DNA of 63,684 nt, the filler included, from Octopus bimaculoides (taxonomy: Eukaryota): assembly GCF_001194135.2 (NCBI RefSeq). It is 9 parts of 9 records of this genome, joined end to end, with 100 filler letters (N's around TTAATTAATTAA, not from the genome) between each part and the next. Parts side by side here need not be neighbours in the genome. Positions count along the whole stretch, not along the records: positions 1 to 23,096 come from NC_068983.1; positions 23,197 to 28,398 come from NC_068982.1; 7 more parts are not named here. One strand, written 5' to 3'. Both the position numbers and the translations under genes were made by a program. The first letter of the stretch is position 1, and every line of letters begins with the position of its first letter. Below the pieces are notes generated by a model. It saw only the letters and a program-made list of their open reading frames with translations, was not told where the DNA came from and did no database searches. This document shows positions 11,408-23,231 of the stretch, one piece after another.

Positions 11408-13375
11408 TATACCTCGACTTTACGTCTGTTCGCCACAGATATTGAAATCGTAAAAATCACTAGAAAACCGTTAAAAGCACATAAAATCATATTAAAATGT
11501 GTACAGTAAATGTTCAGATACATAAAGTAGTACAGCTTAATGAACGAAATCATGAAATCAGCTGTCTTCTCTTATTTATCGGTGTTTTGGACCTCATATT
11601 GTACTGTAGTTCCAATATCTACTGTTAGGCGTCGTTGTCAGTCGTGATTCCCGCGATGGTTTTGAATTCAGATTTGTTTACGTCTGTTTATCGGTTATTT
11701 TTCATTCATTTGTGACTTTATTTTTTGCCCCCATGGCTCCTTAGAAAATTCATAGTGAAATTGCTTAGCGTCATGCTATAACGCTGGAAGATAGATAAAC
11801 TGGTTATGATAAAACGCCATGAAAAAGGTGAAAAAATGATAGCAATTGCACGATTTTGGGGGATGAGTCGGATAACGGTATCGACGATTATACACAATGA
11901 CAAGATTTTAGCACATATCAAATCTGAAGCCCCAGGGACGAAGAACAATGTCATCAATAAGAAAAGAGGAAAAATCTTTGAAGAAATAGAAATTTTCTTT
12001 CTCTTTGGATTGTTAGGTTGAATCGACAGCTTGCTACTATTAGTCAAGAAATCATTCAAGAGAAAGCGTTGTCTTTATTTGAGGACCTGAAGAGAAAAAA
12101 TATCCAGATGAGAAAGATGTAGAGTTCATGGCAAGTCAAGGATGGTTCGTGAGATTTAAGGAGCGAAGAAGTTATCACTCTATTTAGAAGCAAGGTGAAA
12201 GTGCATCAGCTTACGAACAAACAACAGCGGAATTTCCTAATTCATTAAAGAAAATCATCGAAGAAAACGAACAGATTTCTAACGCAGACCAAACTGGATT
12301 GTATTGGAAAAAATTGCCAGATATTCATTCATTTCCGAGGAGAAAACTATTCCAGGCTACAAGGTCTCAAAAGAACGTGTGACCATTATGTTGGGAGGTA
12401 ATTGTGCAGGAGATTTTAAGTTAAAGCCATTGCTTGTGTACCATGCACACAACCCCCATGCCTTGAAGAACATACTCAAGGCAGCTTTCCCTGTTATATG
12501 GATGGCTAATTAAAAAGCATGGTTTACTGTTGTTGTTTTTGAAGATTTATCCCAGCAGCAGAAATGTACTGTACGGAGAAGGGAATTCCTTTTAAGGTTT
12601 TATTTATCCTGGCCACCCGCAAAACATCGTAGATTTTGACCCCAACGTTACCATCGTATGCTTCCCTCCGAACACCACGTCTCTTATGCAGCCAATAGGT
12701 CAGGAAATAATTGCTATCTTCAAGCGTTACTATATGAAGCATATGTTGCAGCAAGCAATAGCTGCAATTGATCTTGATGAGTCCATCACACCTCGTGACT
12801 TATGGAAGAGATACGATATCTACAAGACTGTACAGAACATAGCAGCAGCATGGAATGATGTACAGAGCACGGCTATGAGTGGTGTATGGAAGAAGCTTTG
12901 CCCGCAATTCGTGAATGATTTTAAGTGGGTTGATAATGTTGCCATCAACAAAACGTTGGTGACTATGAGCAAAAAACTGGAAATAGATTTGGAGGAGGAG
13001 GATTTTACAGATTTATTTGAAAAAGACAAGCAGCCCCTGATGAATGAGAATCTGATAGAGCTTCACGAGCAGCAAAATAAAGAAGTAGAGGAAGTCGAGC
13101 CTGAGCCACGTCACTTTACCATTAAGAAAATGCAGCAAGTATTTGTATATATTGTAAAAGGCCTTTCTATGTTTGAGGATATAGATCCAAATGCTTAACA
13201 CTTTTCCAAGATTACGGGGGCTTGTCACGAAACTTTTGCTCCTTATAATGTAATCCTTGAGTAAAATAAAACAGTTCAAGGAGCACTCAACCGGTTTTTT
13301 AAGCGCATCGAACAAGAACGGCTAGAGTCAGCTGTTGATGTTGACGATCCTCTGCCATCTACATCGGCGATGTGA
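11408..13375 (+). mobile_element. Decayed Tigger/pogo DNA transposon (CENP-B HTH + DDE_1 transposase pseudogene)
   Basis: Frameshifted segments: IKRHEKGEKMIAIARFWGMSRITVSTII (HTH), MASQGWFVRFK, NADQTGLYWKK, KVSKERVTIMLGGNCAGDFKLKPLLVYH...WMAN*KAWFT, MQPIGQEIIAIFKRYY (from QPMDQ). TIR-like tatacctcgactttacg at 11408; the right TIR was not found. Confidence 0.9.
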
Positions 13376-13629
13376 ACCACCAAATTGTATGTACGTATTG
13401 GGAAATTTAAAATAATTTAGTCTTTTTTACTATTGCAAAATAATAATTACTGAATTTGATTTTTAAGGTTAAAAAAGGCTTTTATTTTATCATGTCTTAT
13501 TACAAACTGCATTCATAAATAAAGAGTCCGCAATGTACAGTAATCACCACCAAATTGTATTCGTAAATTTAGATTACTTTTTTTTTCACTGTACTCTATT
13601 AAAAAATAATTATTAAAAAATAATTCATA

Positions 13630-13710
13630 TTTTATCTTTTACTTGTTTCAGTAATTGGATTGCGGCCATGCTGGAGTACCACCTTGCAGGGTTTGGTCGA
13701 AAAAATCGAT
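13630..13710 (-). mobile_element. Family A SINE 3' tail
   Basis: Reverse complement of the 2110-2195 terminus. Confidence 0.7.
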
Positions 13711-13937
13711 CAGTTTTTACTTTTTAACACTGATATTTATTTAATAGGTTGTTAATGGGTGGGGGACAGACACAAACACAAAAATGCACATACATACACA
13801 CCTACTCATACACACACACAGACAAACACAAACACACACACATACGCACATATGCACACGCACATACACGCAAAGACACACACACACACACACATGTTAC
13901 ACAACAGTTTCCATACAGTTTCCCTCCACTAACTTTA

Positions 13938-14045
13938 CTCCTTTCAGGGTCGATAAATTAAGTACCAGTGAAACACTGGGGTCGATGTAATTGACTGGTT
14001 CCCTCCCTCAAAACTTCAAACCTTATTCCTTTAGTAGAAAGGATT
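13938..14045 (+). mobile_element. Family B SINE 3' half
   Basis: cctttcagggtcgataaattaagtaccagtg...ctggggtcgatgtaattgactgg. Confidence 0.75.
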
Positions 14046-14482
14046 ATTACTAATGCTTAGGGCAGAGGATTGGTCGAATCATTAAACCTGAATATCACAA
14101 ATACTTTCCAGTATTTGTAATATTTGGTCCCCCTCTAACGTTTTCTGTCCTGAATCCAAAACCAGCCGAGGTCAATGCTGCATTTCTACCTTCCGTGGTC
14201 AATATAATAAAACTTACGTACTCTCGTTGAATAACTGACAGTTCCCTTCACCTATATTTTTTTACTTTGCACCTCTGTAAAAAATTATTACTTTATTATT
14301 ACTATTATTACTAATGTGATTTTTGTTGTGGTCAGCTCTCACTGCTTTTGCGCTGTTAATGTGTTTTCCACTCCCTAACATTTTTCTATCTCACACTGTC
14401 ACGCATTCTTTGCTTATCTCTAAAAACTAACTATATCTAACGTATAAATATCTGGTTATCTCTGTCTAGCTAGCCATTGCTG

Positions 14483-14541
<59 letters not shown>

Positions 14542-14634
14542 TTGTCTGTCTATCTACATATGTAAATCTCACTCCCCACAACTCTCTCTCTGACTCTTTC
14601 TCTCTCTGTATGTATAAGTATGTATGTATGCATG

Positions 14635-14702
<68 letters not shown>

Positions 14703-14785
14703 NNNNNNNNNNNNNNNNNNNNNNNNNNNNNNNNNNNNNNNNNNNNNNNNNNNNNNNNNNNNNNNNNNNNNNNNNNNNNNNNNNN

Positions 14786-14818
<33 letters not shown>

Positions 14819-15661
14819 CTACCTTAAAAGCCGCCCGATAAGGTAGCTTTTAAGCTAGCTCCTGTGTACATATTAAATTTTATTATAATATAATGAATGC
14901 GAAACAATATTTTTCAAGCTATGAACAATTTTCATGAAAACAATGATATAATTTGTCGACTTGGAACTTATTGCAAAAGTGCATGATAAACAATAATATC
15001 ACCAACATCGCCACCACATGACACCATTCAGACTTCTGACGCCACCACCATTAATACCTTTGACTTCGCCGCCTTCCCATCCATCACCATCATCTCTGTC
15101 TTTCACATCGCTTACTCTCATCCTCATCTCTGATCGCCTCGGCTATCACCACCACCACTACAACAACCACCACCATCATCACCGCTGCCTCCACTTCTAT
15201 CACAACTACAACTCATACTATCACTATCACCCCATTGACATTCAGTATGCTGGTTCAGTGTTCTGTCCTTCTTTCTCTCACATGCCCACTTTTTCTCTGT
15301 CTCTTATTTTTATTCCCACATCCACCATCAGTACTACTACATTTAATAAAACCTCATCAACTCTCCCTAAATTTCTTTGTCTCTCTCTTTCTCTCCCTCT
15401 CTTTATATCTCTTTTGCTCTCTCTCTCTCTCCTTTTCTCCCCCCCCCCTCTCTCTTTTTGTCGTCAACACCGCCCTCACCGTCTTTATGCCTACTATTAC
15501 TCTCACTCCAGCACGAGGAATAATAGAAGTGTCATTGAATAGTGAGAGAAAGGGTCAAAGTGTGACACCTTGACACACAGAAATTAGTTTTCGCATTTAT
15601 TATATTNNNNNNNNNNNNNNNNNNNNNNNNNNNNNNNNNNNNNNNNNNNNNNNNNNNNNNN

Positions 15662-15693
<32 letters not shown>

Positions 15694-15980
15694 AAACATA
15701 TATGCATATGTATGTATATATTTATGTATAAATGCTTGTATGTATGTATGTGTGTATATATGTATGTATGTATGGATGTATGTATGTATGCTTGCATGCA
15801 TGTATGTGTGTATGGATGGATGTATATCCCTTTCTACACATGCACATCGTCTACTGGCAGAAACAGAGGCTGTATTGGTTTAATATAAAACACATCTGAT
15901 TTCCTCTTGCAGACGTTTCCTTTGATGTGTGTTGAAATGAAGCAGGATTGTCGGATGATCTTAACCAGTTAAAAACGCTC

Positions 15981-16030
<50 letters not shown>

Positions 16031-16330
16031 AGGGAGGGAGAGAGAGAAACAGACAGACAGATAAACAAATAGACTGACAGAGAGAGTTATTGAGTGGAGA
16101 GTGAGAGTGAGAAATATTTTAACACTTCTTTCTCAAAATGTCTTGAAAGCAACAATAAATAATGCGAGTGAAGTTAAGTGAGACCTAGGTCAAAGAACTT
16201 GAAGGGTATGTTTAAAAACCATGTATCGTTTGTGCTTTGTCTACGAGCTTCACATGGAAGCTGATGAAATAACGAATTTAGTCTACGATGTTTGAATGCG
16301 TGTGCGCGTATGTTTGTGTAACTTCTATCC

Positions 16331-16490
16331 TCTATCTTTTACTTTTTTCAGTCATTTGACTATAGCCATGCTGGGGACTATCTCAAAGAGTTTAGTGGAA
16401 ATCGCCCTTAGTACGTACTTTTTATTATTTTTTTTTTTTGAAGTCTGATATTTATTCTATCGCTCTCTTTTGCCGAACCACTGGGGTTAT
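16331..16490 (-). mobile_element. Family A SINE 3' module
   Basis: Reverse complement of the 2040-2195 module. Confidence 0.7.
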
Positions 16491-16491
16491 G

Positions 16492-16810
16492 TCGCTTGGT
16501 TTAGTGGTTTGGGTATTCGGCTCACGATCGTAAGGTTGTCAGTTCAATTCTCGGCGTCGTGTTGTGTCCTTGATCGAGACACTTTATTTCACACTGCTCT
16601 AGTCCACTCATCTGGCAAAAATGAGTAGTACCTGTATTGCAAAGGGCCAGCCTTTTCCCATTGTGTATCACGCTGAATCTCACTGAGATCTACGTTCAAG
16701 ATACGCGTGTCTGTGGAGTGCTCGACTACTTGCACGTTAATTTCACGAGCATGCTGTTCTGTTGATCGGATCAACTGGGGTCCCTCGTCGTCGTTACCGA
16801 CGGAATGCAA
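16492..16810 (+). mobile_element. Near full-length family C SINE (tRNA head + CORE/V-type domain)
   Basis: A-box tggtttagtgg, B-box-like agttcaattc, gttgtgtccttga...gacactttatttcac...ctagtccactcatctgg, 3' end gtcgttaccgacggaatgc. Confidence 0.8.
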
Positions 16811-17116
16811 TGTTACGGGGATGTAAAAAAACTAACACCAGTTGTCTATTGGTGGTGGGAGATAAACACACCACAAACACAAAGATACACAGACACATTC
16901 ACAAACAACCGGTGTCTCAGTTCCCATCCGCCAAATCCACTCACAAGGCTTTGTTCGATCTGGCGCTATAAATGAAAGATAAAAGTATAAGGCGTCTCTC
17001 CTTTGTTAAGATGCTTAAGAAGTGGTTTCAGTGAAATTTTTCCGTTGTTTTAGGCAAATGTTCCTAACTTTCCTCCTGAACATAAAAGTGTCATACGGAA
17101 TTAGATCAATTTAAAA

Positions 17117-17302
17117 CAGTGCTCCGCAACCGGTATGCCGTGGCACAATGTTGTTCGACGAGACGATAATAGGTGTGCCGCAGTGTAACCTGAATATAAT
17201 TTTTTCCCCTATAGTTTTAGTTATATTTTTAGTTCAGATGTGCTGCCGAATTTTGAAAAGAATATAAGTGTACCGCAAATCAGAAAAGGTCGCGGAGCAC
17301 TA
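17117..17302. mobile_element. 186-bp hAT-type MITE with 15-bp TIRs and 8-bp TSD
   Basis: Left TIR CAGTGCTCCGCAACC (17117-17131), right GGTCGCGGAGCACTA (17288-17302, 2 mismatches). Flanks ATTTAAAA (17109-17116) and GTTTAAAA (17303-17310). Confidence 0.8.
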
Positions 17303-17839
17303 GTTTAAAACACGACATATTTTAATACCAGCTGAATTTCTTTAATGTTTGAGATTTACGGAACCTATCTGGAAGAGTTTAGCTTTCTTTTGCTATCTAA
17401 ATACAAATCGTTTTGGGTCAACTTCAGCTGTTACGTTGGACAGATGAGGACAAATATCCGTCAAATGCAAATAATGTAAATAATGTACATAGTCCCTCGT
17501 CTCTTAAACATAGAACTGTACTTTGTAACTATGTACTATCTGCCGTATTGTATGTTAATTTCCTGTGTGGGATTTCCTTTGCCTGCTAATACAACGTTAT
17601 AACGCAGGTATTGCTTATAGGGATAGTTATAGCTGTATGATGAAGAAGTTCGATTCACCACCTCGAGGTTTCGTGTTCAGTTCCACTGCACGGCGCATTA
17701 AGCAAGTGTTTCCTACTAAAGCCTGCACCTACCAACGGCCTTATGAGAAAATCTGCTAGAAGGAAGCTGTGTGGAATCAAGTCGTGTGTGTGTGTGTGTG
17801 TGTGTACATCAATGTATCGTCCATCATCGCTAGTCACAA

Positions 17840-18083
17840 TTCACTTAACATCGTCTTAGCTTTCCAATGACCCCCAACACGCTGGCTGATCAGAAGGATA
17901 TTCCGCCCTTGATCAGAAGGCTATTCCGATACAGGTTTATCCACTTACAGCTGAGTGGACTGGTGCTACGTGAGATAAAATGCTTTGCTGAAGACCACAA
18001 CGAACCGCCCAGTCCACAAATTGAATCCGCGGTCTGGCGATAGTGCGTGCAACACCCTCACCACTAGGCCCCACGTGCCTTCA
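17840..18083 (-). mobile_element. Family C-type SINE
   Basis: The reverse strand reads tgaaggcacgtggggcctagtggtgagggtg...ggattcaatt...gtggtcttcagcaaagcattttatctcacgtagcaccagtccactcagctg. Confidence 0.75.
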
Positions 18084-18103
18084 TGTGTGTGCGTTCGTTT
18101 TTT

Positions 18104-18164
<61 letters not shown>

Positions 18165-18254
18165 ATATACGTATGTATTTATACACACACAAACATACAC
18201 CCACACAACGAGTATCTACACAGTAGGCATGCATACCTAACTACATAATGTATG

Positions 18255-18445
18255 AATGTCGGTGTGTTTGTCCGTCACCATCGTTTCACGATCCCTTTTG
18301 ATTAGTTTACTTTCCTAACTTACCAGTTCGACTAAAGAAGGTGATAGAATAAGTACAAAACTTTAAAAATGTAATCACTGGGGTCGATTTATCTGCCTAA
18401 ACTCTTCAAAACGGTGCCACACCAGAAGTAAAGGAATAAAAGTCT
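18255..18445 (+). mobile_element. Degenerate family A SINE 3' module
   Basis: gatagaataagtac...ctggggtcgattt...ttcaaaacggtgcc, homologous to 2075-2160. Confidence 0.65.
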
Positions 18446-19576
18446 ATCAGAATGCTGCTTGTGTAAAAATCTGGTGTGGATCTTATACGCTAATTAGCGA
18501 CAGGCATGATATTACTGATCTACAGAGTTCAATTTAAGTTCAAATATTGATAGACATTAGTGCTATTGTAATTCCTTATCAAAGACAGCTCGTCTTTAAA
18601 AGACTAAAACAGTATCAGGACATCAGAACGTCACAATTTCAAAATACATCATCACAAATACACGAGTTTTGAGTATTCTTTTATTTTTCATTTTATTTTG
18701 AGGCTGGCTTCAGTAATTCTCCTGTCCTGATGCCAGGTTTTTGATTATCATATCACCCCCGCTCCCAGCACCCAGTATTTATTTGTCGAGCTACTGTTAT
18801 GGTACTTAAACGTTCAGAACATACATGATAACTGTTTTTAAACCGGTATAAGCATAAAAGCCAGCACAGATGCACGCGCGCACTTACAGAACAAGCCAAT
18901 AACATCACTTATAACTTCACAATACCAGAATGTCACATCACAGCATAGCATTTAGGTAGCAACATATTATCTCAACGTCACAAATTGACGGACAATATCA
19001 TAATACCAACGGTGTTCCAGCTGTGAACATCCCACTTTCCTTTCTGATATTATGCATGCTGCGCTATATAATCCAATACATCCTTTTCGTACTAATACGG
19101 TAAATCGTAATTCGAAGATATCGCTGTTCCTTTATAACAGATTGAGTAAGCACTGATGGTCCTTTCTTCGTTTATGTGTGGCCTGTGTTATTAATCTCTT
19201 TCATCTCATTCATAAAAGAAGCCATTCATTTTACGTATGTATGTATGCATGCATGCATGTATGTATGTATGTATGTATGTATGTATGCATGCATGTATGT
19301 ATGTACGTATGTACGTACGTATCTATGCATGTATATGTGTAAGTATGCATGTATGTATGTATGCATGCATAAATACACGTTTTTGTATGCACACACACAC
19401 ACTCACACACACACACACACACACACACGCGGTGTATTTACAAAGAAAGACTTAATCCTAGTTCTGGGTTATACCGAAATTCTTCGAGCTGAAATTAGTA
19501 AAGATAAGTAAAAATAAACACCGTATATATATATATGTAATACATATATAACACATGTGTATCTGTTATATATATA

Positions 19577-19609
<33 letters not shown>

Positions 19610-19980
19610 NNNNNNNNNNNNNNNNNNNNNNNNNNNNNNNNNNNNNNNNNNNNNNNNNNNNNNNNNNNNNNNNNNNNNNNNNNNNNNNNNNNNNNNNNNN
19701 NNNNNNNNNNNNNNNNNNNNNNNNNNNNNNNNNNNNNNNNNNNNNNNNNNNNNNNNNNNNNNNNNNNNNNNNNNNNNNNNNNNNNNNNNNNNNNNNNNNN
19801 NNNNNNNNNNNNNNNNNNNNNNNNNNNNNNNNNNNNNNNNNNNNNNNNNNNNNNNTATATATGTATGTATATACATATTTATATATATATATATATATAT
19901 ATACACATACATATATATATGTGTATATATGTGTGTGTATAGAGACACATATGCACGAACACACACACACACACACATAT

Positions 19981-20141
19981 AAGCGCGTGATTGTGTAGGA
20001 GGAAGCTTGCTCCCCAAACACATTGTTCCGGGTTCAGTCTCTCTGCGTGACACATTGGGCAAGTGTCTTCTACTATAGCCTTGGATCGAACAGAGGCTTG
20101 TTAGTGGATTTGGTAGACGGAATCTGAAAGAACCCCGTCGT
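19981..20141 (+). mobile_element. Family A SINE 5' half
   Basis: Homologous to 1755-1900 and 43096-43260; ends at the internal (TA)n, where Tc1-derived DNA begins. Confidence 0.8.
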
Positions 20142-20287
20142 GTATATATATAATCGATATCATTCACCATCATCACTACACGAACTGGAAACTGTTCTAG
20201 CTGAAGAATGGACAGAATTTCCTTTGGAAACAATTCAAACTTTGTACCACGTAAAATTCAAGCTATATATATATATATATATATATA

Positions 20288-20964
20288 CAGGGGCTGGACA
20301 AATTAATGGAAACACCTTAAAATTTCAAACAAATTTATTTTAATATTGGGTAGGACAGCCTTTCGCATACAGGGGTTGGACAAAATTAATGGAAACACCT
20401 TAAAATTTCAAACAAATTTATTTTAATATGGGGTAGGACAGCCTTTCGCAGTAATTACAGCTTGAATTTTACGAGGTACAAAGTTTGAATTGTTTCCAAA
20501 GGAAATTTTGTCCATTCTTCAGCTAGAACAGTTTCCAGTTCGTGTAGTGATGTTGGTGAAGGATATCGATTCCTTACTTGTTTTTTCTAAAATGCACCAT
20601 AAATGTTCAATAATATTGAGATCTGGGGACTGTCGTGGCCAAATAAGATGTTCAACTTCACTAGAATGTTGCTCGTGCCATTCAGTAACAACTTTTGCTC
20701 TGTGAATTGGTACATTATCATCATGAAAGATTGCGTTTCCCTCCGGAAACATTTCCGCAACCATAGGATGAATTTTATCAGATAAATGCTTAAATAGACT
20801 TGTCTATTAATTCTGCCATGAAGAGAAATCATTGGGCCGGCAGATTTCCGAGATATAGCCCCCCACCCCCTCCACCAGGTCATCACAAATCCTCCTCTAT
20901 GTTTAACATTTGGAAGAAGGCAGTCTGCGTCAGATGCTTCTTATGGCTGTCTCCACACGTGTAC
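20288..20964 (-). mobile_element. Tc1-family DNA transposon 3' half (transposase pseudogene) with a tandemly duplicated terminus
   Basis: Minus-strand frames: VWRQP*EASDADCLLPNVKHRGGFVM, WGAISRKSAGP, FHDDNVPIH...WPRQSPDLNIIEHLW, and PRKIQAVITAKGCPTPY* (stop about 20423). Terminal TA|CAGGGG at 20368-20375, with the terminal 82 bp duplicated at 20286-20367. The 5' part falls in the N gap. Confidence 0.9.
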
Positions 20965-21613
20965 NNNNNNNNNNNNNNNNNNNNNNNNNNNNNNNNNNNN
21001 NNNNNNNNNNNNNNNNNNNNNNNNNNNNNNNNNNNNNNNNNNNNNNNNNNNNNNNNNNNNNNNNNNNNNNNNNNNNNNNNNNNNNNNNNNNNNNNNNNNN
21101 NNNNNNNNNNNNNNNNNNNNNNNNNNNNNNNNNNNNNNNNNNNNNNNNNNNNNNNNNNNNNNNNNNNNNNNNNNNNNNNNNNNNNNNNNNNNNNNNNNNN
21201 NNNNNNNNNNNNNNNNNNNNNNNNNNNNNNNNNNNNNNNNNNNNNNNNNNNNNNNNNNNNNNNNNNNNNNNNNNNNNNNNNNNNNNNNNNNNNNNNNNNN
21301 NNNNNNNNNNNNNNNNNNNNNNNNNNNNNNNNNNNNNNNNNNNNNNNNNNNNNNNNNNNNNNNNNNNNNNNNNNNNNNNNNNNNNNNNNNNNNNNNNNNN
21401 NNNNNNNNNNNNNNNNNNNNNNNNNNNNNNNNNNNNNNNNNNNNNNNNNNNNNNNNNNNNNNNNNNNNNNNNNNNNNNNNNNNNNNNNNNNNNNNNNNNN
21501 NNNNNNNNNNNNNNNNNNNNNNNNNNNNNNNNNNNNNNNNNNNNNNNNNNNNNNNNNNNNNNNNNNNNNNNNNNNNNNNNNNNNNNNNNNNNNNNNNNNN
21601 NNNNNNNNNNNNN

Positions 21614-21646
<33 letters not shown>

Positions 21647-21745
21647 GTTGTAGTTTATAACGTATTTGCAATAGAGGCCACTCTCGCATTCATTTATTGT
21701 AAATCTTCGGAATTTGCAGCACAACTAATTAGCAAACCAAATATT

Positions 21746-21878
21746 TTAAGATTTTACAGACATAATGTTGCTTGTTTTCCTTAATAAATCCAACCATTGA
21801 TGCCTCTTAATAACAAAGGTGTTGGGGAAGGGAATCTCTGAGTATATGCATATTAGGTACTCTGTGTGGCAAGGAAAG
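21746..21878 (-). CDS. Candidate alternative terminal coding exon of the minus-strand gene (SFPCHTEYLICIYSEIPFPNTFVIKRHQWLDLLRKTSNIMSVKS*)
   Basis: Acceptor ttttttcatttcag| at 21879; open for 43 codons in phase 2, the phase delivered by exon 24237-24282. Confidence 0.35.
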
Positions 21879-21900
21879 CTGAAATGAAAAAATGACTTAC

Positions 21901-21937
21901 TTAAGGATATTTAAGCTTCGAAATATAGTTATTTAAT
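21901..21937 (-). CDS. Candidate terminal coding exon (RLNNYISKLKYP*)
   Basis: Acceptor aattttttatgttgcag| at 21938. Phase 2 has the longest open reading (ending at the exon-terminal TAA) and matches the upstream exon. The TAA is followed directly by GTAAGT. Confidence 0.5.
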
Positions 21938-23047
21938 CTGCAACATAAAAAATTAGGTATACGTATGAGTTATGTGTATGTACTTGTAAGTGTATATATA
22001 TGTTTATGCGAATATTCGTATTAATTTGTCTACGTGTGGTAGTATATGTGTGTGCGTAAGTGAACCTGTTTGCCTGCGTGTATGTGTGCGTATGCCTGTC
22101 ATCTGCGAGTGTTCATTATTCTAGCCAAGCTATTCTATATTTCACATTTCAAGATTTCTTGTTAAACACGCATTTAATCTTTTAAAATCATAGTCACAGA
22201 GAAAATGTAGAAAAAACAAAAACAAATAAACAGTGCAATATTATTCATAACAAATATTTTTCTGTTAAGTTGATTGTCTTATCTGTGATGAAAAGCTACA
22301 CCGTTCAGATTCATTCCCTAGAAGTAAATATAAAAGCCTTATAATCGACGACTGATCAAGGATAGGTCATCTGAGCCTTCGTTTAGAATCGAGAAATCAT
22401 TCGGCAATGATGAAAGAGTGAGACGAAGCGAAAGTAGATATGCTCTCTGTAAGATGAATAAAAACTGATAATGTTCAAACACTCAGCTGTGTATGTTTAA
22501 AGCAGCGTCATTGGAGGTAATCGTTCGTGAATTACTGTTGAATGATGCAAGAGATAAACTATATCTAGAAAGATCCCGCGTAGGGATCACTGTGTATTTA
22601 TACCTCAATCATTATCTGATGCCGAGAAGTCAGACACGACAAAAAAAAAAAAGATAAAATAAAATAAAAAGGGACAAAAAAAAAAAAAAAAAAAAAAAAA
22701 AGAATGGGTTATTAAGTCGTGTGAATTTTTTTTTAGCCATGGATGGTTTTAGTTTCCTGTGAGAAACTCAGAATGGAATTTCAATCACAACAAAACCATC
22801 TTTGGGGAAGTGACCATCAGTTGGGGTGAGAAAAGAAAGGAATTTTAAAAACTTATAAGCATAGCAATAGATACCTCATATCTTGTTATATTTGCATGTG
22901 TGTTTGTGTGTGTCTCTGGGGCATATCTATCTATCTATTTATATGTGTGTGTGTGCACGTGTATGCAGACACATCTATCTATCTATCTATCTAGCTAGCT
23001 AGCTAGCTAGCTATCTATTTATCTCTCTATCTCTTTCTCTCTCTCTT

Positions 23048-23084
<37 letters not shown>

Positions 23085-23096
23085 GTATATATATAT

Positions 23097-23196
23097 NNNN
23101 NNNNNNNNNNNNNNNNNNNNNNNNNNNNNNNNNNNNNNNNTTAATTAATTAANNNNNNNNNNNNNNNNNNNNNNNNNNNNNNNNNNNNNNNNNNNN
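23097..23196. other. Artificial scaffold spacer (44 N + TTAATTAATTAA + 44 N); first of eight
   Basis: Identical 12-mers centred in N runs at 23141, 28443, 29795, 35800, 37858, 39351, 44703 and 57698. The 12-mer has stops in all six frames. Confidence 0.97.

Positions 23197-23231
<35 letters not shown>

Noticed and set aside
13376-13560. 15-bp direct repeat (accaccaaattgtat) 170 bp apart at the Tigger 3' side
   Set aside because: Similarity decays immediately; it is a small local duplication, not a TSD or LTR.
18880-19030. Perfect minus-strand donor (TCT|GTAAGT) near 18890
   Set aside because: All three frames from the nearest acceptor contain stops; there is no support for a coding exon.
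22400-22475. ATGATGA ... CTGA spaced like a C/D snoRNA
   Set aside because: The terminal stem is weak, there is no recognisable rRNA/snRNA antisense element, and these short boxes are expected by chance.
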